64,000 nucleotides of DNA. Origin: Amoebidium appalachense. Taxonomy: Eukaryota; Protista; Ichthyosporea. A program made the position numbers and the translations under genes. A model generated the notes under the pieces. It was not told the origin of the DNA. It worked only from the letters and a program-made list of their open reading frames with translations, and did not search any database. The stretch is from contig CAVNZM010000017.1 of NCBI GenBank assembly GCA_963693365.1, positions 2,285,527 to 2,349,526 on the forward strand, written 5' to 3'. Shown here piece after piece: positions 22,590-61,215 of this stretch. Numbering within the stretch: position 1 is the first letter of the stretch; every line of letters starts with the position of its first letter.

Positions 22590-22806
22590 ATCAAACTCAC
22601 ACATACACGCACACATACACACGTTTTTGTTGTTGCTGTGTCTTTTTTTTTTCATTTTTCCGTTGTTTTTAGGCAGAGGAACGCGACTCCCTGTATGGAG
22701 AAAACCAACGACTAAGACAGCTGGTTGCTATCGCCCAGGACAAAAACGTGGCTGTGAAGGTGAGCTTCCCCCCCCCTTCCCTCTTCTCTCCCCCCCCCCC
22801 CCCCCC

Positions 22807-22867
<61 letters not shown>

Positions 22868-22955
22868 GCGCGCTCTCTCTGTCCCCCTTTTTACCTATAT
22901 ATCTATCTATCTCTATCTCACGCCGTCTTCTATCTTCTTCTTTCCCCCTCCCCTT

Positions 22956-22991
<36 letters not shown>

Positions 22992-23193
22992 GGCAGGGGG
23001 TTTTCTAACGGTCGAGGTGCTGTTCAGGCCACTCTCGCTTGCCCAATTCTTTTGATGTCTCTGGTTGTGTTTTGTTTGACGTGTTCTGTGTTTCACTTTC
23101 TTTGTTGTCGTTTTCTTTTCCTTCACATAAATTCCAACACCCGTTCCGCCTTCCCTGTCTTCATCCCCCTGCCCCCCCCCCTCCCCCCCCCCC

Positions 23194-23224
<31 letters not shown>

Positions 23225-24261
23225 CCACACACCCACACCCACACCCACACCCACACACGAATATGCACACACAAACATGCTCTCCCAACTTCACAACTAC
23301 GTACCACATCACTCACCCACGTACCTGCACACCCTTTACCTTTTCCTCTCTGTCCATCAACCCCTCAACCCCATCTGTCCTATATAGATGTACTCACAAT
23401 TTTTTTAACGAAAAGTCGCCATTTCTTTAACGAAAACATTTTGCTGTCTAGGAGGCAGCACAAATGCAAGACACCATATGCAGGCTGAATGAAACCGTAC
23501 AGAGACTGCAAAGGGTATGGGGACTCCTTCCCACCCCCCCCCCCCCCCCTATATTCTGGAAAAGGACGAGGGTGCTCAATGTACACACACACCATGCGCC
23601 ACAAACGGCACCCACACACACATGCACTCACGCGCAAGCACACGTAAACACATGTACACACATGCAAGCGACCACAGCCCCTGCAACACAGCACAACTCC
23701 TGCGTACATAATGACACACACGCAATGGGGGGTTCGACCCCCTCCCCTCCCCCCCTTTCCAACCCGGTTGCCCCCATCTCTCCTCTCACCCACCCTCCCA
23801 CATACACGAAAACAAGGATGCAACCCAGATACCCTATCACTGCACACCAAACCACCTACCCTCTCTACTTTTTTCCTTCAAATACATGCACAGTGCCACT
23901 CCAATGCGCACAACGCATCGGCGCATGCGGGGAGGGACAGATGGAAAGAAGAGTAGCCATGTGATGGATTGGTGAAAATCGTCTTTGGTAGCGTGTGTGG
24001 GGGGGGGGGTGGGTTCGTGTGGGTATGGTTGTGTGTGCTGTCTGTGCTCTTGTAAGGGGGTAAGGGGTGGATGGCGAGGGGTGTGTGGGTGGATTAGTGG
24101 GTGGTGGAGTGGGGGGGGGGGGGGGAGGGGAGGGGAGGGGAAGAGGGGGAGGGGGGGGGGGGGAAGAGGGGGGAGGGGGGGGGGGGGGGCGGAGGGAGGG
24201 AATGTGAGTGAGAGAAAGTCAACACCTAAACACGTTGATTCTCTAATCGATTCCTTTGCTT

Positions 24262-24303
<42 letters not shown>

Positions 24304-24642
24304 TTCCACCCACCTCCCTCCCTCCCTCCAAAGCAGAGAAACAGCCAGAGGAAAGAGCGCATCGCAGTTCTTGAAAGAGACAAGCAGAACCTCAAACATG
24401 TATGCCCCCTCCTTTCCCCCCCCCCTCCCCACTCCCCAAATACAGACACACACACACCCAAAAATATTCTTTCGGGACGTATTGAACCGTATGCACAGTG
24501 TGTGTGTTTCATGCATGCAACTATTTTGTGCCACACATTAGAGTGGCCATTAGGACAATTATAACCTTTTTTATTTTTTTTAAAATAAAAAATAAAAAAA
24601 AAGATGGGAAAAAAATCGGAGGAAGAGAGAGGGAGGAGGGAA

Positions 24643-24673
<31 letters not shown>

Positions 24674-25027
24674 ATGGAAAATCACCTGCCTCCCATTATT
24701 CCCCCTCCCCCCCTCCCCCCCCCCCCCAAAAAAAAAAAAAAAAAAAAAGAGAGAGGGGGGGGGAGTGAGGGGGAGAGAGGGAGAGACGAGGAGGAAGAAG
24801 AAGAAGAAGAATGTCAAACTTGAATCTAAATACAAGGTTACCAAAAACCAAAATAAACAAAACCACAATTAAAATTAAGATGAACTAAAAATTAGCCCCT
24901 CACACCCCCTTATGCCCAGCACGTACGTGAGCTTGAGGCTGCCTTCCATCTAGTTGAGCAGAGAGTGGCCATACGTGACGACATACTGAACCAGGCCGTA
25001 CCCGTGCTAAACGTATGTGTTGGACCC

Positions 25028-25069
<42 letters not shown>

Positions 25070-25240
25070 CGGCCATGTATGTATAGAGTAGACATATGCT
25101 AAGCACAAAATACACTTTCACATGTGGATGCATACGCTCGCACACACCGAAACACACACACGCACACACGTGCGCGCACACACCCTGAGAGAGATAGAGA
25201 GCGAAAGAGAGAGGGCCTGGGGGGTGGGAGGGGGCAGGGA

Positions 25241-25289
<49 letters not shown>

Positions 25290-25439
25290 GGGGAGGGCCG
25301 GGGGGGGAGGAGGGGAGCGAGGAAGAGAAAAAGAGAGAGGACATGCATGTCTGCATACGTACACACTCGGCACTGTGTGCTGTCAAATTCCTGTTCGAGT
25401 ATAAGGGGCACGTATGGCCCATATGGTATTTTCGCTCGA

Positions 25440-25473
<34 letters not shown>

Positions 25474-25509
25474 TGTATGCGTACTTCGTACCGTGTTCCG
25501 CATTCAACG

Positions 25510-25548
<39 letters not shown>

Positions 25549-25890
25549 CCCCCTCTCACCCTCCCACATTTGTTTGTTGCTGTTTACGTTGGTGGTGGCG
25601 GTGATTAGTGGCTGTGCAGGTGGGTTGCAGGGGGAGGGGCGGGGGGTGGGGTTGGGAATTGTCTTGGCGTTTCCAAATGGCCCCGAGGAGGGGGGGGGGA
25701 GGGGGGCTCTGTTTTTGGCGTTTCCATTGGCCGTGCCCATTCAACCACACTGTGTTCTTACTCTTCCCACCCAATACAGACCCCGGCCATTCAATGATTG
25801 GGGCCCATCCATCGGCCACAGTGTGCGTACCAGGATAAAAATAAAATGGAAAAAAGTGGCTCGTCAGCTGGAATACGACGTGAAGTATAG
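19855..25890 (+). CDS. Uncharacterised multi-exon protein with low-complexity N-terminus and C-terminal coiled coil
   Basis: Exon 19855-20100 (MDDLDLSARF..HQGNK|gtaagg). Later exon-like blocks with splice signals: RCRRLEEELATVKMMLAE (~21850), AEERDSLYGENQRLRQLV (22673), EAAQMQDTICRLNETVQRLQR (23451), KERIAVLERDKQNLKH (~24350), VRELEAAFHLVEQRVAIRDDILN (~24925). Terminal exon tentative. Confidence 0.6.
25472..25507 (+). mobile_element. 35-nt 3' terminus of subfamily B inserted in poly(C)
   Basis: cgtgtatgcgtacttcgtaccgtgttccgcattca is the exact reverse complement of 1895-1929; C tracts on both sides. Confidence 0.85.
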
Positions 25891-27142
25891 GTCCGAAACA
25901 GCTAGACGAAACCGTTACGAACCGCGTACGAGTATTCATTCCGTACAACAAGCTGTAAATATCGCGGTATACGGGGGTATTGGGGGAGATGAACAAATCC
26001 TATTTGCTCCGTGGCGGGTTTACTCGTACATGGTAGCGGGTGACTTCAAAGTTAATCACTCTCTGCTATGCACATGTGGGGTCTAATCTGGAGCTGCATA
26101 CTATAAACTGGGCATTTGAGGGTAGGTGTAGGATGTATGTACACGGTCGCAAGGGGGGAGTGATCTCTATCCCTTTTCTTCTGCTTCTTTCTTGCCCTTT
26201 TTGGGTTCCACTCGGTGTGCCTTTGCCTAGTAGATGAAATGACAACTCGTCGTTCTTTCCTGTTTTAGATCTGATTTTGGGTTCAACATAGGGCCCCGTA
26301 TTTTATTTTGTTTATTTTTATTTTATTCTTATTTTTTTTATTTTATTTTTTTTTATTTTTTTTTGGGGGGGGGGGGGGTTCATTCATTGGAGATAGCTGG
26401 TCTGTATCCCCAAATACAAGGGACGTGGAGTGACCGTAAAGGTTGCAAATAGTGTGTGTGGGTGTGCGTGTGTGTGCAGTGTACGGCTTGTGTGTGTCGG
26501 GAACCCTGCACAGGTAGAGCTAGGTGCTTCTACCCCGGAATTAGGCAATCAAGTACATTCACGCTTGCAGAGAGAGAATTCGAATGACTGCAGCTGCACC
26601 ACAGAACGAGGCAAAACACACACCGTTAGATGCATATGTATTCATAATCATAGACGGCCAGCCAGTAGCATTGGTACAAGTAACAACTTACTACTAATTG
26701 CAACAAACGGAATACTTTAAACCTACTTCTTAACAAAACGAAACGTTAACAACCTACCACTTCCTTATACGCTGCTAAATTCTCATTCACAACATCAGTC
26801 ACCATTCGCAAACACCCCACTCGCTATATCTCACTCATACATGAACTTGAACAGGACAATACTTAACTATCACATGTCGACCTAAAATCCACGTCTGATC
26901 ACATAACCAAAAACCTCCCCGGCTTCATCATTTAAGTTTTAATGTGGAATAACGTGGACACTTACGACAGAGCAAATACCACCATAGCCTCCCCCCCCCC
27001 CCTCTCCCCCCTGCGGCCGCTTCAGTGGTGGTCAACAAGGAACTAATATGTTGTGTGGAAATCTTATTCGTATATTGAAAAACACGAAAAAAAACCCCCC
27101 CTTTTTTTTGTGTACCCGGCCGCGTAGGAGGAAAGGACAAAA

Positions 27143-27176
<34 letters not shown>

Positions 27177-27452
27177 GCAGAATGGGAGGGGGAGAATAAC
27201 ACAGTGTGGCAAGCCAGTGCTTGCAACCCGTAGCACTGCAGGGAGGGGAGGAGGAGGAGGGGGGGGGGGGGGGGGGGGGGGGGAAGGAGGATTCGGTACG
27301 CAGTATGAAGTACAAACTAACAGCAAACGACATGATTCGGGTATGCAGGGGAAAAAAAAGAAAAAAAAAACGCACACACACCCCAGGGACGGGGAGGGGG
27401 GGAGACGGGGGAGACGTGGGGGAGGGGGGGGGGGGGGAGGGGGGGGGGGAGT

Positions 27453-39672
<12,220 letters not shown>

Positions 39673-39944
39673 GGTGGCCCTAAAGCATTTCGCTCCTTAT
39701 TCAATGTGTACTTGTTTTCATGCCAATAAAAGGTTAAAACCTCAAGAGAGTAGACGGTAGACAGGGGCCGTTGCGTATAGGAATTTAGCGGGAGAGGTTG
39801 GAAGTGACACAGTGCCTTTCCTTTTCTACATGTGCAATACCAGTCGGTGCATTACCAGTTGGTGCCTCGGTCCTGCGAGCTAGTTAATGCCACAAAATAC
39901 GTGGAGAACAATGGTTGAGAGTGTAGCGATTTACTTGCAACCCG

Positions 39945-40143
39945 GGACTTCTGGTTCGCACAAAACTACTGTAAGGTGATGACAAGTGAGCAACATGGAC
40001 CCTTTCGCGAAGTTGTGTAATACTTCTCCGTTTCTACTTGTTTGTTCTGGACTTCTGGTTCGCACAAAACTACTGTAGGGTGATGGCAAGTGAGCAACAT
40101 GGACCCTTTCGCGAAGTTGTGTGATACTTCTCCGTTTCTACTT
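39945..40143. repeat. Tandem duplication, ~95-bp core, period 104
   Basis: ggacttctggttcgcacaaaactactgta.ggtgatg.caagtgagcaacatggaccctttcgcgaagttgtgt.atacttctccgtttctactt occurs twice with 3 mismatches. Confidence 0.95.
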
Positions 40144-40429
40144 TTAGGACAATATTAAACGTAGCGAATCCTTGTTCACTCAATTCTCACTCAACATTAT
40201 TAAGCGTTTCGTTTGTTCGATCACTTCGTGGATGTAAACGTGCAGGTTGCAACTGGGCACCGATGGTACCTAGCGATTAAAGACAGCACAAATAGGTTCT
40301 ACTCTCAGTTGATTGCTTTCAAGTGTTTTTGGGCCCAAATATGGTTATTATTGAAGATACTTCATGCTTGCGTGTCTTTAATTTAAACAGTAAGCAACGT
40401 TTGATTCGTGGCTATTTTAGGCAACAAAA

Positions 40430-40468
40430 GTGATTGGTTATCTAAGCACCAAGCAGGTGATTGGTTGG
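40430..40468 (-). promoter_or_regulatory. Two CCAAT-type boxes between the divergent CorA and LAT genes
   Basis: gtgattggtt occurs twice (AACCAATCAC on the minus strand); function is inferred only. Confidence 0.3.
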
Positions 40469-40923
40469 ACATTTTTGGAGCGACTCTAGGGGGATTCACA
40501 AGCAACACAGACCTGTCCACTGAGACCTTCTATCTATCAGGTTACGAAAGGGAACATTGATGTAAATTTCTTTGAACAAAATTATAGACATATGCATGCA
40601 GCCCAAATTAATCATTCAAATATCTTACACAGGCACTTGTAAACGTACACGTACGCACAACTCAACTGCTTTCACAGGCCGGTAAACAATTCCTTGGGTC
40701 GGTGCTCCTTTTCAATCGAAATATTTAGGTGGCTTCTGGGTGTGTCCAGTTTCATTGCACGATAGCAGAGCTTTGAAAAAAAGGTAGACAAAGAGGCTGA
40801 GGTAGAGAAAGAAAGGAAGGATGTGAGGTTTGGAGGGAGAGTGAGCGGAACAAAGTGAGAGAGCGAGAGAAAGAGAGTGGGAGGGAGAGGGACGGAGGGA
40901 GGTAGCGAGGGAGGGAGAGAGTT

Positions 40924-41056
<133 letters not shown>

Positions 41057-41641
41057 GAGAGAGAGGAAGGGACAGAGATGGAGGTAGTGCTACGATAGCA
41101 TCGTTTAGTGTTAGTATATAAGCTAGTGATGTTGGATGACCCTGTGGAGGGTGAAGAAGGCACAGACACCATGTCTTCACAAGAAAGTGTTGCGAGCGAC
41201 CCAGCGGTGATTGACATGGTGTGTGCTGCACGTGGTGTGTGTTGCACGTGGTGTGTCTGCGTGTATGTGTGCAGTAAGTGACCGTGTTGGGTGAGCTACA
41301 TAAAACCTGGGTGCAAGCATAAACGTTCACAGTATATGTACATGCTAGCCGTGTTGGTGTGTGATGAGTGCAAGAGCACACTCATGTGCTTGCGTGCATT
41401 CGTGCCCATTCGTGCCATGATGACTCTTGGATCGCTTTCATTATGTGCTGGAGTTGTAACTCAGGTCTTGCATGTGGCTGTGATTCTCAGATCTCAGGGT
41501 GTCGAAGACGTTTCCAGTGGTACCTACTATGCTTGGTGTTTGCCAACCGAGTTTGAAGAAGACTCGGAATGAAGAATAAAGATTTGTGTGGCCATCACTG
41601 GTTGCTATCATACTACATTTTGGTGCATAAGCACGCACATG

Positions 41642-41718
<77 letters not shown>

Positions 41719-42110
41719 GCACGGGCGTGCACGTGTGTATGTGCGTGTATGTGTGAGTGTGGGCCAGGTATGTGTGACGTGTTTCGCGCGTGGCTGTGTT
41801 AATGTGTGTGCGTGTGGCTTTGTTTTTTTTTTTGTGGGAGACGGGAAGGGGTGGTGGAAAGCTAGCCGAACTGGCACCCAAGACTCTGTTTTTCGGTCTC
41901 AAACTTGAACACAATAATTGCAAATGCCACCTTTCGTTTCAAACACTTACAAAGCAGAGACCTACTTAACATTTGGTACTACACTAGCTCACCAGATATG
42001 TGAAGGCCAACAAAAAACTTGGTCTGTCTACAACATCTCCCTCCCATTTGCTTAAAGCAGCCCATGGTTCCTGACACCTATCTGTGCCACAGCTTAAAGA
42101 AAGAGGGCAT

Positions 42111-54394
<12,284 letters not shown>

Positions 54395-54978
54395 GAATCA
54401 AGGGGGCCATATATAGGGTTTTAGGGGGCCATCCATAAGATTATTTGAGAGGATGGTATATGCATAACCCATTGAGATTGATGTGAAGTATATAAAATGA
54501 ATGGGATAGGGTTCCTCCTCCTTTGGAGTGCCTTTTTTCTGTATGCCGTTGCACAAGCCCCATGACTGTCCCCATTTTTCTCTCAATCTTTTTTCTTGTT
54601 TGTTTGTTTGTTTGTTTGCCAATTGTTTTGTTTTGTTTTGTTTTGTTTTGCCCCTCCACAATGTCGTTCTTTGGAGGGTCACCCCCCTCCTCCCCTTCTT
54701 TTTTTCCCCCTTTGTATTTTCTTCGTTCTCTTTTCTTTCTTCTTTTCTTTCTATACTTTTTTTGTTTGTTTGTTTGCTTTTTGTTTGTTGTTTTGGGTTT
54801 TTTTTTTTTTGTGTGTGTGTGTTTTTTGTTTGGTTTGTTTTGTCTTGTTTCCCACTAAGCATACACAGGTCTAACTGGTGCTGTGGTACCCCCCCCCCCC
54901 CCCCCCCCCCCCTCCCCCCCCCTCCCCAAATACCACCACAACCACAACCATCACAAGCACCACTAACACTTTTGCCGT

Positions 54979-55041
<63 letters not shown>

Positions 55042-55103
55042 CACGCATCCACCCACCCACTTTTCCTCACCTTTTCTTGTTCTGTTTTTTCTTTTTCTTT
55101 CTT

Positions 55104-55139
<36 letters not shown>

Positions 55140-57020
55140 CGTCTGTCCAAGTAAGTTTTAAGCCAAGCAGCAGTACGTATGTAAATGCCATGATCACCAT
55201 ACAATCAAAATGGTATGTTTGTCATCGGGAATCCTGATCCAGTTTTTATAGACATATTCCTTTTTTCTTTTTTTTTTTTTTTTTTTTTTTTTTCCTCCCT
55301 TTTTTTAGGAACAGCTCCTCGTGTACGATAGGTATCTCCTCCTAGTTTTGCTCTCTCTTTTTTTGGTTTTCTTTTCTGAATTTTTGTGAATGGAAGGAAT
55401 GTGCATGGCTTATCCATAAATGTCATCTGATGTTCCTTGGTGCAGTACATAATATAAAAGGGTTTCTGCCGTCTGTATAGTGCCTAAGGGTTGGACCTAC
55501 TTAATTTTCTGTTTTGTTAGGTTGGTGAGTGTCTCAGTGAGGAGGCCTGATTGCTGCATCATATATTTTTATGCAAAGAGAAACAAAAAATATCGTTCAA
55601 CCAAAAACCAATCTATTGATTACGTGGGCGAATGACAAGTGTGAATCAGCCCATGGATTTGAAACCTGCAGGGGTGCGGGTGCGGGTGGGGTGGGAAGAG
55701 AGGGGGTGAAGAGGCCGGGGGAGGAGGGGGGGGAGGGGGGGGAGGGGGGGGGGGGGGGGGATCAAACACTCTCCATGGCACACACACGCACCCCCATATG
55801 TGCATATGGCACGCACACACACATTTTGGCATTCACAATGGGCACACAAAGGCACACACATACACTCCTGTGCACCGCATGCCCACACATGGTGTTGGAT
55901 GGTACATTCGCCTACGCACCCATAGGGTGCACATGTACACACACACAGTGACATAACTATTTGGTGTAGTTACGCGGCGCATGTTGTCACTGATCTGAGT
56001 ACATAGCATGCATGTTGGGCGGACAAACCGCTCGATTTCACCCCCTCCCCCCCCCTCCCTTCCCCCCTCCCCCACTGATTGCATATTGTGGGTAACCGAT
56101 TGCAACACCGTGTGGGGTGGGGAAAGGAGAAGATTCACGAACTCTATGTACGTATACAGTGCTTAGCTGGTGGGGAGGGGAGGGGGGGGAGGGGGGGATA
56201 CCTGAGTCATATGTTGCCACCCGTGACCTCCTCCTCCCCCCCCCCCCCCTCCCCCCTCCCCCCCCTCCCCTCCCCCTCGGGGACCTCAGACTATATCATG
56301 TGTGCATATAAAGAAATTTGATAAGCTTAGGTACATGAAATTCGACACCAGAGCTATTTCGCTAAAAGGATTTCGTTACAGACTCGGCAACGGTTGCGTA
56401 AAGGTCTAACGTAATCTACAAAATTTGAATTGCAAATAAGTGAATTTATAGTAATTACCTTTTCACGTGCGCAAACATATAATGGTATCTCAAGTAAATT
56501 ACCGCAGTCAACGACAAGTGTGTCTGCCTCGCGTTAGATAGCTTGGTGTAGCTGCCCCTCCCTTCCCCCCCCCCGCCCCCCCGCCCCCCCCCCCTCCCCC
56601 TTTCCCTGGAGGGCAAAAAACCCCCCCCCTCCCACATGGCCACCACCACAAGTTAACTTGAGGGCCCAACAACGTGCACATAGCACAGAATAATTATAAA
56701 TTATAAATCTGCTTTTGCTTTTGCAAAGGCTGTCTCCCTTTTGCTGAAAATTGTTCATGACAGATATTGCTTATATTCGAAATCTGCTGCCATACTCAGC
56801 AAATTACGTATTGTTCACTGTTTACAGTAGTTCTCATCTAATAACTGTTATTATGCAACCTATAATATAGCATTATGACGTTAATCTGTGCTCGAAGTAA
56901 ACTTTGCCTTCGAGCTTCAGAACAAATCTGCCCGAAGCAGACTGGTTCTGATTTTGCAGCAGAATTATGCAAAAAGCAGAGCGTAAGCATTTTTGACGGA
57001 AAAAAAGAGGGCGGTAAGTA

Positions 57021-57255
57021 CAGATACCATCCGCGAATAAGAACCCCCGCCAATAAGATTTCGCCCCCGGTAAAATTGGTTTTTTTTTTTAGATTCTGCC
57101 ACACGGCAAGTTTTCGGGGTGATCTTATTGGCGGACGGATGAATAGATCATACTGGATGGTATAGATTCTGAACCCGACCCTCCAAGATTAAAATTAATT
57201 AAGATTCCGCCCCCCGGCCACATTTTGGGGGGTTCTTATTCGCGGACGGTATCTG
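57021..57255. mobile_element. MITE, Tc1/mariner-pogo-like, 27-bp TIRs, TA TSD
   Basis: TA|cagataccatccgcgaataagaacccc ... ggggttcttattcgcggacggtatctg|TA with one mismatch; internal repeats of aataagat..cgcccccgg. Confidence 0.9.
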
Positions 57256-58029
57256 TAGTATACTAGTAGAAAATATCGAGGTCCCGGCCTGATGGTGCGT
57301 GATCCCCCCCCCTCCCCCCTCCCTCCCCCCTTTCTCTCCTGCCTCTCACCCTAGCCTCCCCCCCCTCCCCCCTCCCCCCCCTCCCTTCCTCCTTCTTAAA
57401 AGGAAACCCATCATTCTGCAGATCAAGGGGGTGGTGCGTCCCCCCCTCCCCCTCCCCCCTACCCCCCCTACCCCTTCCTCCCCCTTCCCCCTCTTCCCCT
57501 TCTTCCTCCCCCCCCCCCCCCTCCGCCTCCCCCCTCCCCTCTGCCCCTCTTGAGGGACCCCACCACCACCACCGCGACCACTGACAGTTACTTCTCTGAC
57601 CCGCGCTTCAATTTTGACTCAGCCTAGAGCTATCACGCACAACATGTGGAAAATTTTGTGTGTCTGCCGCACAAGTTGTGTTCCGTGGTACGTGCATCCG
57701 GGAAAGGCCATGTGTACGTGCCAGTACTTTGGGCATGTTTGACCGTATTAAGCATGTGAATATTAGGACCTAACACTGTGTGCGTGTGTGCGTAAACATC
57801 GTGCAATATGTGCAAGTCGAATATGAGCATGTGTGCGTGTGTATGACATTGCCGGTGTCGGCTTGCTGATTCCAACGTGGTGTAGTGGTGGTTCCGGTGT
57901 GCTATTATCGCTTGAGTGCACAGTCTGGAAGAACAGCACGTGCACATGCCGCATCACAGTGACACGGGAAGATGTTCTCAGGGAGCTCGCGTGGGGAATA
58001 ACAAGCCGTGTGTGGACCGGGGAGGGGGT

Positions 58030-58062
<33 letters not shown>

Positions 58063-59282
58063 TGGATTTCCAGTGGGCACACTGTTGTATATTCGAGCGA
58101 GTACACAGTGAGCAAGTTTTTCGCCCAGTCTTGGTATGAAATTCCAAGGGGCATAGAGAGGAGAGAGACCCCCACGGGCTCTAGGTGAGTTGGGGAGGGA
58201 AAGGAGGTAGGGGAACCCCTAGCTAGAAGTATAAGCCATCACCGATCATTCAAAGTTTTGGAATCCGATGTCTGACATTAAAAAAGATGCCAAATCCAAT
58301 TATTCAACGTGAATCTTATGTTTTTAAGTTATGTCTATTGGCCCATTTTAGACACCAAACTGCTTTTCAATTGCTTTATGGCCGGTCGGATGATGAGAGG
58401 CAGCACCCGGCTGCTGTCCCCGCAGGCCCCCACTGGGCCGCAAATAAGTCACATGTACTGACTCCCGGCCCTGGGGCCATACTCACGAGATCAATACAGA
58501 TAAGGCCCTCGGGCCCGAAAACAGAAATTATCCCCCCGCCCCCCCCCCCCCCCCCCCCCCCCCCCCTTCCCCCCAACCAAGCACTACTACCTTCAACCTA
58601 GCACTTACAGCCCTGATCCATAAAGCTGAGAACAGCAGGCATACGGCGAGGAACAGAATGCGGGAGGGTGGGTGGGTCCTAAGAGAAGCGGCGAGGAAAA
58701 GACTGTTTGAGAGAAGCGAAAAACACGACTTTTATAGTCGCTTCTACAGGAAGAGATGTATGATGCCGATCATCACACCATCTTCTTCCGATTGGTGGAT
58801 AAAATGAGTATTTACCAAATATATCATATACAGACCAGTAATTATTATTAATTTTTGGTTGGGTACGTGTCCCAGACCCACCTGCTAGCTAGCAGAGGGG
58901 TGATGAGCCCCCCGGCCACCCCCCCACCCCCCCCCCCACCCCCTTGACTCAGAGGCGTGGTGGCCCCTCTTTCCCCTGTCTCCTGCTCCCCCCCCCCCCC
59001 GCCCCCTCCCCCTTCCCCCCTTCTCCCCTCTCCCCCCCCCCCCCTCCTCCACTTGCCTCCCCCCTCCCCCCCCCCCCCCCCCCCGCGCCGACAGACGGCA
59101 GGGGCACTCGTCACTTCCCGTTTAAGTTACGGTTCAACAGCCTTAGCCCCTAATGTAAGCACACTAACTTCGTTTTGTTTTTTGCCAGAATAATCAAATT
59201 TCAGCTTGCAGCAAATGTTTCCTGTTGATGTATCATGCAGTTGCCCCCTTGTATCTCAGAACTTCTCCAAGCCGGTACTCCG

Positions 59283-59363
<81 letters not shown>

Positions 59364-59849
59364 ACCACCACCACCACCACCACCACCACCACCACCACCA
59401 CCACCACCACCGGTACTGTCAAGTGCAAGTACACTAACACATTTTTAGCATACGTTGAGCGCCGTTATTGGGCGGATGTGCACGTGTTAATTTGCGTATG
59501 CACATAATGTGGCCCATGTTCGTTTAAATTTGTGCATGCACGCGTGCACCAAGCTCGTTTTCGCATGCATCATATGCATGGCTACGTGCACCGGCACCAT
59601 TATTGCACTGGGATAAGTGGCTGTGTCAGTAAAAACCATACAATGGGAAGATTCCCACGGCCCAGATTTCCGGATGCAGTGCCCCCGCCGACGGTCAGCC
59701 TGAGTCAGGACGCTGGCGCGGACGCAAGGCCTCCGTTGTATCTACAAGGAGGCCTTGGTCAAAACAAACAGTAGATCTATTCAAATCTATTCGCCTATCC
59801 TATTGGCTGCTTGCACATGCACGTCAACTTCATGATGCACGTGCACAAA

Positions 59850-59949
59850 CCAAGGCCTCCTAAATAGCACATAGTACTCCAGGAGCTAACACGTACTGAC
59901 GTGTTGCCGCACGTGCGACGTTTTTACATCTACTTAGGCGGTCCCTTTT

Positions 59950-59987
<38 letters not shown>

Positions 59988-60047
59988 AGACACCGCCTCA
60001 GTAGGTGGTAGCTCCAGGAGTGCTATTTACAATATAGGAGGCCTTGG
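59850..60047. repeat. Nested foldback (inverted repeats) around a poly(A) loop
   Basis: Outer arms ccaaggcctccta..tagtactccaggagcta and tagctccaggagtgcta..taggaggccttgg; inner arms catctacttaggcggt and accgcctcagtaggtg. Confidence 0.7.
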
Positions 60048-60300
60048 CACAAACTTCTGCACACAGTGCACACTTCAAGGACAGGCTTTCGTGGACTGAG
60101 TATCTTTGTAATGTTAGCGTTTGGTAAAGAGCGCAGGAATATGGACTACCGAGACACGCACCCAACATACACGCACCCACACCTCTAACCTCTAACACGT
60201 ACACACGCACCTCACATCACCTAGTACATATACACACAAACACACCGACATGAAACCGTGCGCAGACCTGCACACGTAGGTGCTTTCATACAAACGCGGC

Positions 60301-61183
60301 ATGGATACCCCTACCCTAGATGCGGACGGGAAGCCCGCAGTATATAAAGGGCGGGTGGAGAGATGGGTCGTAAGGCTGGAATGTGGATTTATCATTCCAG
60401 AGGACGAGGTACTCAAAGAGGCCAACCATGGAAACAACCTGAAGACGTGGCTAAAGGATGTGAGGGAGGAAGATAGGCCCTTAAAGAAGGGTGATATAGT
60501 GTCGTTTGAGATAGTCGAGGACACAACGACAGAATCCATCCACGTGCGCAGGCCATACAAGGCAACTGCCGTGACAAGGCTGCAGCACGCACCTTCCAAA
60601 AAAGGCAAGGGTAAAGAAGGAATGGAAGATTCCGCGGAAGATGTGAGTGATCTAGTAGTGGACTTATTGAAAGAAGCAGAGGCTTCGACCTACAGTTATG
60701 ATAAATGGAAGCAGGTTGGTGAAAGACCTTCAATACCCCCTGCCCCCTGCCCTCCCTCCCCCCCCCCCCCCCCCCCCCCCCCCTTCCCCTGGCCCTCCCC
60801 ACCCCACCGCACCCCTATCCCCCCCTCACCGGAGTGCTGTCCATATATGTTCTATTTTTATGGATTCCCTTTCAACCCCTCCCAGCCCTTGCTTTTTATC
60901 ATCACGGATACACTCCAAACCTCTTTTGGAAGGGGAAGCATACACACAAGGTGTGTTTGTGCTGGCACAAGAGCGACGAGTGTTGGAGCACCGTTCGCTC
61001 ACGAACCCACAGACACACATAAGGATCGGCCACACACGGGCACACAAACACAGTTTACATGCATGCACGTGCATGCACACAGGCACATAGGCAACACATA
61101 ACATACTGCGAGCTCTGAGCAAGGCTTGCAGAGATTAGTTTCTAAAGCAGCAAATACCTACTCTCAAGATCACCACTTCAGTT

Positions 61184-61215
<32 letters not shown>

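Noticed and set aside
39972-40050. Box C/D snoRNA pair in the 104-bp duplication
   Set aside because: GTGATGA is present in only one copy and there is no CTGA box D or terminal stem.
41100-41572. Possible extra gene between CorA and LAT
   Set aside because: Short open stretches with no recognisable motif and no consistent exon chain.
57610-58190. Possible coding exons (ORF 57833-58111)
   Set aside because: No family motif recognised and no splice-compatible model could be built.
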